Made by a program: the position numbers and the translations under genes
The notes under the pieces: model-generated
Seen by the model: the letters and a program-made list of their open reading frames with translations, nothing else
Told to the model about the DNA's origin: nothing
Databases searched by the model: none
Origin: Acidobacteriota bacterium
GTDB lineage: Bacteria > Acidobacteriota > UBA6911 > RPQK01 > JAJDTT01
Assembly (NCBI GenBank): GCA_965263035.1
Contig: OZ253580.1
Coordinates: 5,376,001 to 5,440,000, forward strand
Direction of reading: 5' to 3'
DNA: 64,000 nucleotides
In this document: positions 59,387 through 64,000 of the stretch, in pieces
Position numbering within the stretch: position 1 is the stretch's first letter
Layout of the letters: every line of letters begins with the position of its first letter

Positions 59387-61144
59387 ATGACACGCACGTG
59401 GACACTGCGGGAGCCGAAGCCCGAGGCGGTTCGGACTCTGACCTCCGAACTGGACGTGTCGGTGCTGACGGCTCGCCTGCTGGTAAACCGCGGCATCCAG
59501 GATCCGGATGATGCCCACCGTTTTCTCCATCCCCGGTTCGAGAATCTTCATGACCCCTTTCTCATGAAGGACATGGACAGGGCGGTGCCGCTCATCTGGC
59601 AGGCTCTCGAGGGGAAGAAACGGATCATGGTCCACGGAGACTACGATGTGGACGGGATCACCTCGAGTCTGATCCTGAAGCGGGCTCTTGAGATTCTCGG
59701 TGGCCGCGTCGCCATCCATATCCCCAGACGGCTCAAGGACGGATATGGGATTCGAACCGGCTTCGTGGAACGGTGCCACCGGGACGGCGTGGGATTGCTG
59801 GTGACCTCGGACTGTGGAATTCGTGCCTTCGAAGCGTGCGGCCGGGCGCGCGAGTTGGGCCTCGACGTTCTGGTGTGCGATCACCACCTGCCTTCCCCGG
59901 AACTTCCTCCGGCGCGTGCCATCCTCAATCCGCACCGTGCGGACTGTCATTACCCGGACAAGAACCTGTCCGCGGCAGGCGTCGTATTCAAGCTGGTGCA
60001 AGGACTCTTCAAGAAAGCCCAACGGGATCGGCTGCTGCCCCATTTCCTGAAAGTCGTGGCCCTGGGAACCGCGGCCGACATGGTGCCCCTGACCGGAGAG
60101 AACCGGATCCTGGTCAAACTGGGGTTGGAGGGCCTGGCCCAACCGCACAACGTGGGACTTCGGGCTCTGCTGGACGGCGCCGGAGTCTCCGGAGAGGTGG
60201 AACTCGACGACGTGGCCTTCAGGATCGCTCCCCGCATCAATGCGGTGACCCGAATGGGGGGCGGACCCGAGATCTTGGATCTTTTCGATACCCGGGACCG
60301 GTTGCGAGCCCAAGCGATCGTCCGGGACATGAACTCGAAGAACCGGGAGCGTCGGCGGCAGGAAGAGGCGATCATGGGGGAGATCCATGAGTGGGAGCGT
60401 AGCCGGCCAGAATTGTTCCGGAAGACCTTCATCGTCGTGGCCGGAAGGGACTGGCACCGGGGCGTGATCGGGATCGTCGCCTCGAGGGTTGCCAGGCGTT
60501 TCTTTCGACCTGCGCTGGTGCTCTCAATCGGGGAATCCGACTGTCAGGGTTCGGGGAGGAGCATACCCGGCTTTCATCTGTTGGAGGCATTGGAGGCGTG
60601 CGGCGATCTCCTCGACCGGTATGGCGGGCATGCGCAGGCAGTGGGTTGCTCCATGGAGGGAAGCGATTCTCTGGAAGACCGCCTCCTGAAACTATCGGAT
60701 CGACTCGATTCCCACGCCAGATCTGTGGTGTCACCAGAGGATCTGACGCCCTTGGTCTCATTGGACTCCTATTTGAGGGCGGACCACCTTTCGTTTTCGC
60801 TGTACCGGGATATCCAACGGCTTGCGCCATTCGGGGTAGGGAATCCGGTTCCCGTCTTTGCCACGAAGGGGTTGGACGTGACCGGCGGTCCTTGGGTATT
60901 GAAAAACAGGCATCTGAAGGTCCGTCTCGGCGCCAACGGAGCCGGTGTGGACGCCATCTGGTGGAAGAACGGGGATGCCGCTGCTACCATACCGAGAGGA
61001 TCGAAGATCGATGTGGCCTATACCTTGAACCGAAACGAGTACCGGGGCGTGGAGAGTCTGCTCATGACGGTCCAGGATCTGCGCACGCATCCGATCCCGT
61101 CTGATTCCGGGCAACCTCCGGCGCACGTCGTCACGGGCCCGTGA
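59387..61144 (+). CDS. recJ: ssDNA-specific exonuclease RecJ
   Basis: HGDYDVDG, DCG, DHH, PRINA, GSGRS, GGHAQA and PFGVGNP motifs. Confidence 0.96.
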   Translation: MTRTWTLREPKPEAVRTLTSELDVSVLTARLLVNRGIQDPDDAHRFLHPRFENLHDPFLMKDMDRAVPLIWQALEGKKRIMVHGDYDVDGITSSLILKRALEILGGRVAIHIPRRLKDGYGIRTGFVERCHRDGVGLLVTSDCGIRAFEACGRARELGLDVLVCDHHLPSPELPPARAILNPHRADCHYPDKNLSAAGVVFKLVQGLFKKAQRDRLLPHFLKVVALGTAADMVPLTGENRILVKLGLEGLAQPHNVGLRALLDGAGVSGEVELDDVAFRIAPRINAVTRMGGGPEILDLFDTRDRLRAQAIVRDMNSKNRERRRQEEAIMGEIHEWERSRPELFRKTFIVVAGRDWHRGVIGIVASRVARRFFRPALVLSIGESDCQGSGRSIPGFHLLEALEACGDLLDRYGGHAQAVGCSMEGSDSLEDRLLKLSDRLDSHARSVVSPEDLTPLVSLDSYLRADHLSFSLYRDIQRLAPFGVGNPVPVFATKGLDVTGGPWVLKNRHLKVRLGANGAGVDAIWWKNGDAAATIPRGSKIDVAYTLNRNEYRGVESLLMTVQDLRTHPIPSDSGQPPAHVVTGP

Positions 61145-61315
61145 ACGATCCATTTCGGTTTTCCGTCCAATTGGGAGCGGGTCAATAGGCCTGTCGTTTC
61201 GTTGGGCGGGGCGATTCGATGACCCCTCGGGGACGGCTTCGAATCGCGGCCGGAGCCGGGTAGCCCGCTGGCGTTTTGCGACGGGCCGAAAGGACTGCTT
61301 CAAACCGGACTCTCT

Positions 61316-63673
61316 ATGCGTCCCCGTTCCCTCAAACTCATCCGGCTGGTTCTGATAGTGGTGCTGGTGACGGCCATGGGGGCCGTGGTCTGGAGTTTTC
61401 TGACCCGGCGGGACGCGAGCCCGCCCTTGGTTCGGGAACGGCTGCTCTCTCCCGAGCTGCAGCAGCAGAGCACCGAATTCGAGCATACCCAGCACAAGGA
61501 AGGGCGAACGGTCTACAAGGTGGAGGCCGGGACCAGCACCCAGACGGTCAAGAGAATCCATCGTCTTTTTGGCGTGAAACTGACTCACTTTGGTCCGGAC
61601 GGAAGCGCCGCCGAGGAGATCTCGGGAAACGAAGGCATCTACCGGGTCGTCGATGAGGAGATCGAGTTCACCGGAAAAGTTCGAATTGAGCTTTCGGATG
61701 GGACCACGATCGAAGCGGATCGCCTGAAGGCCGACCTGGCCCGCAATGTGGTGGCCATCGAGGAAGGTTTTCGCTTCGAAATGGAGAAGCTCTCCGGCCA
61801 CGGCCGATCTCTCAGCTATGAGATCCGACGGAGCCGACTTCAGGTCGACGAAGAGTTCGAACTGAACATCAGGCAAGGGTCGGATCGGCTCCAGGTCACC
61901 GCGTCGAGGGCTTTGTACGATCTGGAGGATCGGCGGGTCGATCTCATGGACGGAGCTCACATCCGAGGTCCGCAGGGAGACTTGACCGCCGGGTACGTCC
62001 GGGTTTTTCTGACCGAAGACAGGGGCGTGGAGCGGATGTTCACCTCGCGTGGTGTTCGTCTGGTCCTGGATTCGGGCCGGTCCTTCACCGGTGAGTCCAT
62101 CCATCTGTTCTCCGACTCCGCAGACGGAAGGATCGAACGCTTCTACGTCTACTCAGGCAAAGCCACTCCGGAATCTCCCGAGCAGCGGGCCGTATACGAA
62201 GATCCCGAGACCTATCTGGAAGCGGACCGCATCGATGGCTTGGCCGGGATTCCGGGTTCGGATGAGCCTCGGTTCCTGGCGCACCGGCGTGTCGTCGTCC
62301 GTTCCCGGACGCTGGGGCTGGAAGAGGGGCGCGCCGACCGGTTGTCAGCTCGCCTGAGTCTTGAGCATCAGCGGCTCAAGTGGTTGGAGATGCGGGGAAA
62401 AACGTCACTGGTCGGACGCCTTCGAGACCTCGACGATTCTCGGAAGTCCATCCAGGGAGATCTGCTGGTTCTGGAGCTTGGCCCTGACGGAGTCCCGGAT
62501 CGTGCGACCGTTTCAGGGAATGCCGTGGCTTGGTCCCGAACCGGAGACGGGGCTTCGGCTCAGCTTCAAGCAGGACGAATGGACGCGTTCTACCGGGGTG
62601 GGGAACTGAAGAGGGTCGTTGCCACGCAACATCCGGTTCTGCGCCAGCAAGTTCCCGAAGGGGAACGGACAGTAGAGTCCGAACGCATGGAGGCCGTCTT
62701 CAAGGAGGGGGGCGTGTTGAGTGTTGCGGCCGTGGGCGGGGTCCATTGGACCATGAACTCGGAAATGATGCGGCGAGACGGGGAAAGCGAGAGACTCGAT
62801 CTTGGATTCTTGGGCCAGCAACTCCAGGATGCCCGAGGGCAGGGCCAGGTGGTCTATCGGGAAGAGAGACCTTCGGGGCGCCTTACCCTGACGGCGAACA
62901 ACGCGGCGTATGACCCGGGGCCGAACCTGTTCTCCTTTTCGGACCCCGAAGGTGCTCATCTGTATTACTCCAAGAATGCGATGGAAGGCGCGGGTTTCGT
63001 GGAGTCGCGGACTCGGGCGGACGGTTTTCGAGTGGACGCCGACCGGGGAGAGCTGTCTGCGGCCGGGGGAGTCCAGACCATCTTCAGTCGTCCCGGAAAA
63101 GAACCGGTCCTGATACAGGCTGAAAGTCTGGTGCTGGATTCCGGTGTCAAGTCGCTGTCCTACGCCGGAAATCCGCGGATCCTACGGCAGTCCTACCTGA
63201 TCCAGGGAAAGCTGATTCGTTTGGACTCCGTCGGCGAACGGCTGGAGGTTCAGGACGTGGACAGCACCTTTTGGGAACCTGGGGGAGATTCGGACCGCAG
63301 GTGCCGGATCCAGGCGCCCGAGCTCGTCTATGAGCGGAGCTCCGGCAAGGCGGCCTACAGGGGTGGAGTCCGGATGCAGTCCGGTGACTTCAAAGTGGAG
63401 TCCTCCCAGTTGGACCTGCTGCTGGACGATTCGCCTTCGAGCACCATTCAAAGCATTGCCGCGGGAGGTGAGGTCGAGATCCGGGAGGGCCACCGATGGG
63501 CTCGGGGAGATCGGGCGGTGTATCATCCGCAGGAGGGTCGCGTGGAGTTGACCGGAGAGCTCGTCGAGGTGGTGGAGCCGCTCCGCGGCAGCGCGTCCGG
63601 ACGGAGGGTGACTTTGTTCGTTGGAACCGACAAGATCGTGATCGATCAGCCGGCCTCGCTTCCGGCGCCGTGA
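61316..63673 (+). CDS. Long LptC/LptA(OstA)-like beta-jellyroll protein
   Basis: N-terminal TM and repeated jellyroll-like motifs (ADRL, ASRALYD, GDRAVY); lies directly upstream of lptB. Confidence 0.75.
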   Translation: MRPRSLKLIRLVLIVVLVTAMGAVVWSFLTRRDASPPLVRERLLSPELQQQSTEFEHTQHKEGRTVYKVEAGTSTQTVKRIHRLFGVKLTHFGPDGSAAEEISGNEGIYRVVDEEIEFTGKVRIELSDGTTIEADRLKADLARNVVAIEEGFRFEMEKLSGHGRSLSYEIRRSRLQVDEEFELNIRQGSDRLQVTASRALYDLEDRRVDLMDGAHIRGPQGDLTAGYVRVFLTEDRGVERMFTSRGVRLVLDSGRSFTGESIHLFSDSADGRIERFYVYSGKATPESPEQRAVYEDPETYLEADRIDGLAGIPGSDEPRFLAHRRVVVRSRTLGLEEGRADRLSARLSLEHQRLKWLEMRGKTSLVGRLRDLDDSRKSIQGDLLVLELGPDGVPDRATVSGNAVAWSRTGDGASAQLQAGRMDAFYRGGELKRVVATQHPVLRQQVPEGERTVESERMEAVFKEGGVLSVAAVGGVHWTMNSEMMRRDGESERLDLGFLGQQLQDARGQGQVVYREERPSGRLTLTANNAAYDPGPNLFSFSDPEGAHLYYSKNAMEGAGFVESRTRADGFRVDADRGELSAAGGVQTIFSRPGKEPVLIQAESLVLDSGVKSLSYAGNPRILRQSYLIQGKLIRLDSVGERLEVQDVDSTFWEPGGDSDRRCRIQAPELVYERSSGKAAYRGGVRMQSGDFKVESSQLDLLLDDSPSSTIQSIAAGGEVEIREGHRWARGDRAVYHPQEGRVELTGELVEVVEPLRGSASGRRVTLFVGTDKIVIDQPASLPAP

Positions 63674-63820
63674 CCCGTGCCCAACGGGACCCGCCGCGGC
63701 CTGAACAGGCTTTCCTCTGGACCGGGTGTCGGATTCCATCGGCCGCGGCTTTCTGCAAAACGTGAGCTGTCCCGGGCCGTATTGGCCACGGTTCGATAAA
63801 GTCTTTTTTTCCCGCTTCAA

Positions 63821-64000
63821 ATGGCCGAGGAGGGCATTCTGGACAAGGTTCTCGAGGCGCGGAGCCTCTGTAAATCATATCGGAGCAGGCAGATCGTCGC
63901 CGAAGTGAGCCTCACCATCTCATCGGGTGAGGTCGTGGGTTTACTGGGCCCCAACGGCGCCGGAAAGACGACCACCTTCTACATGATCGTGGGGCTGCTG
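63821..64000 (+). CDS. lptB: LPS export ABC ATPase (5' part, truncated by the window edge)
   Basis: My translation gives ...[24 protein letters not shown], the LptB Walker A context. Confidence 0.9.
   Translation, partial: MAEEGILDKVLEARSLCKSYRSRQIVAEVSLTISSGEVVGLLGPNGAGKTTTFYMIVGLL

Noticed and set aside
61211-61247. Stem-loop GCGATTCGA...TCGAATCGC with a TTCGAAT resembling a tRNA T-loop
   Set aside because: No cloverleaf and no U-tract; at most a simple intergenic hairpin

Overview
GC-rich bacterial chromosome segment, probably Acidobacteriota (inferred from an Acidobacterial-type VWA protein and an Oar-like TonB barrel). Positions 1-25.4 kb hold envelope, transport and catabolic genes plus an ECF sigma/anti-sigma-VWA pair. 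Positions ~25.5-49.9 kb form a ~24.4 kb defence island with no visible integrase, bounded by a 105-bp direct repeat (3 mismatches) of the mogA/moaB 3' end. The island carries a four-gene DISARM/Druantia-related operon: SNF2 helicase, N6-adenine methyltransferase split by an IS3 element with a 3-bp target duplication, a ~2170-aa DEAD/DUF1998 helicase-nuclease, and a UvrD helicase with a RelE-like N-terminus. It also carries an McrBC pair with a non-canonical reader domain, an IS630 and IS5/IS3 relics. Positions 49.9-64 kb are housekeeping: moaD-moaE-mogA, nfeD-SPFH-SPOR-lnt-prfB (programmed frameshift), recJ, a long LptC/LptA-like gene and the start of lptB. That region also has several non-coding elements: a ~165-bp MITE-like hairpin, a tandem palindromic operator and a repeated purine-rich motif. 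I found no rRNA, tRNA or CRISPR array. All family calls come from motif recognition by eye; no searches were run.
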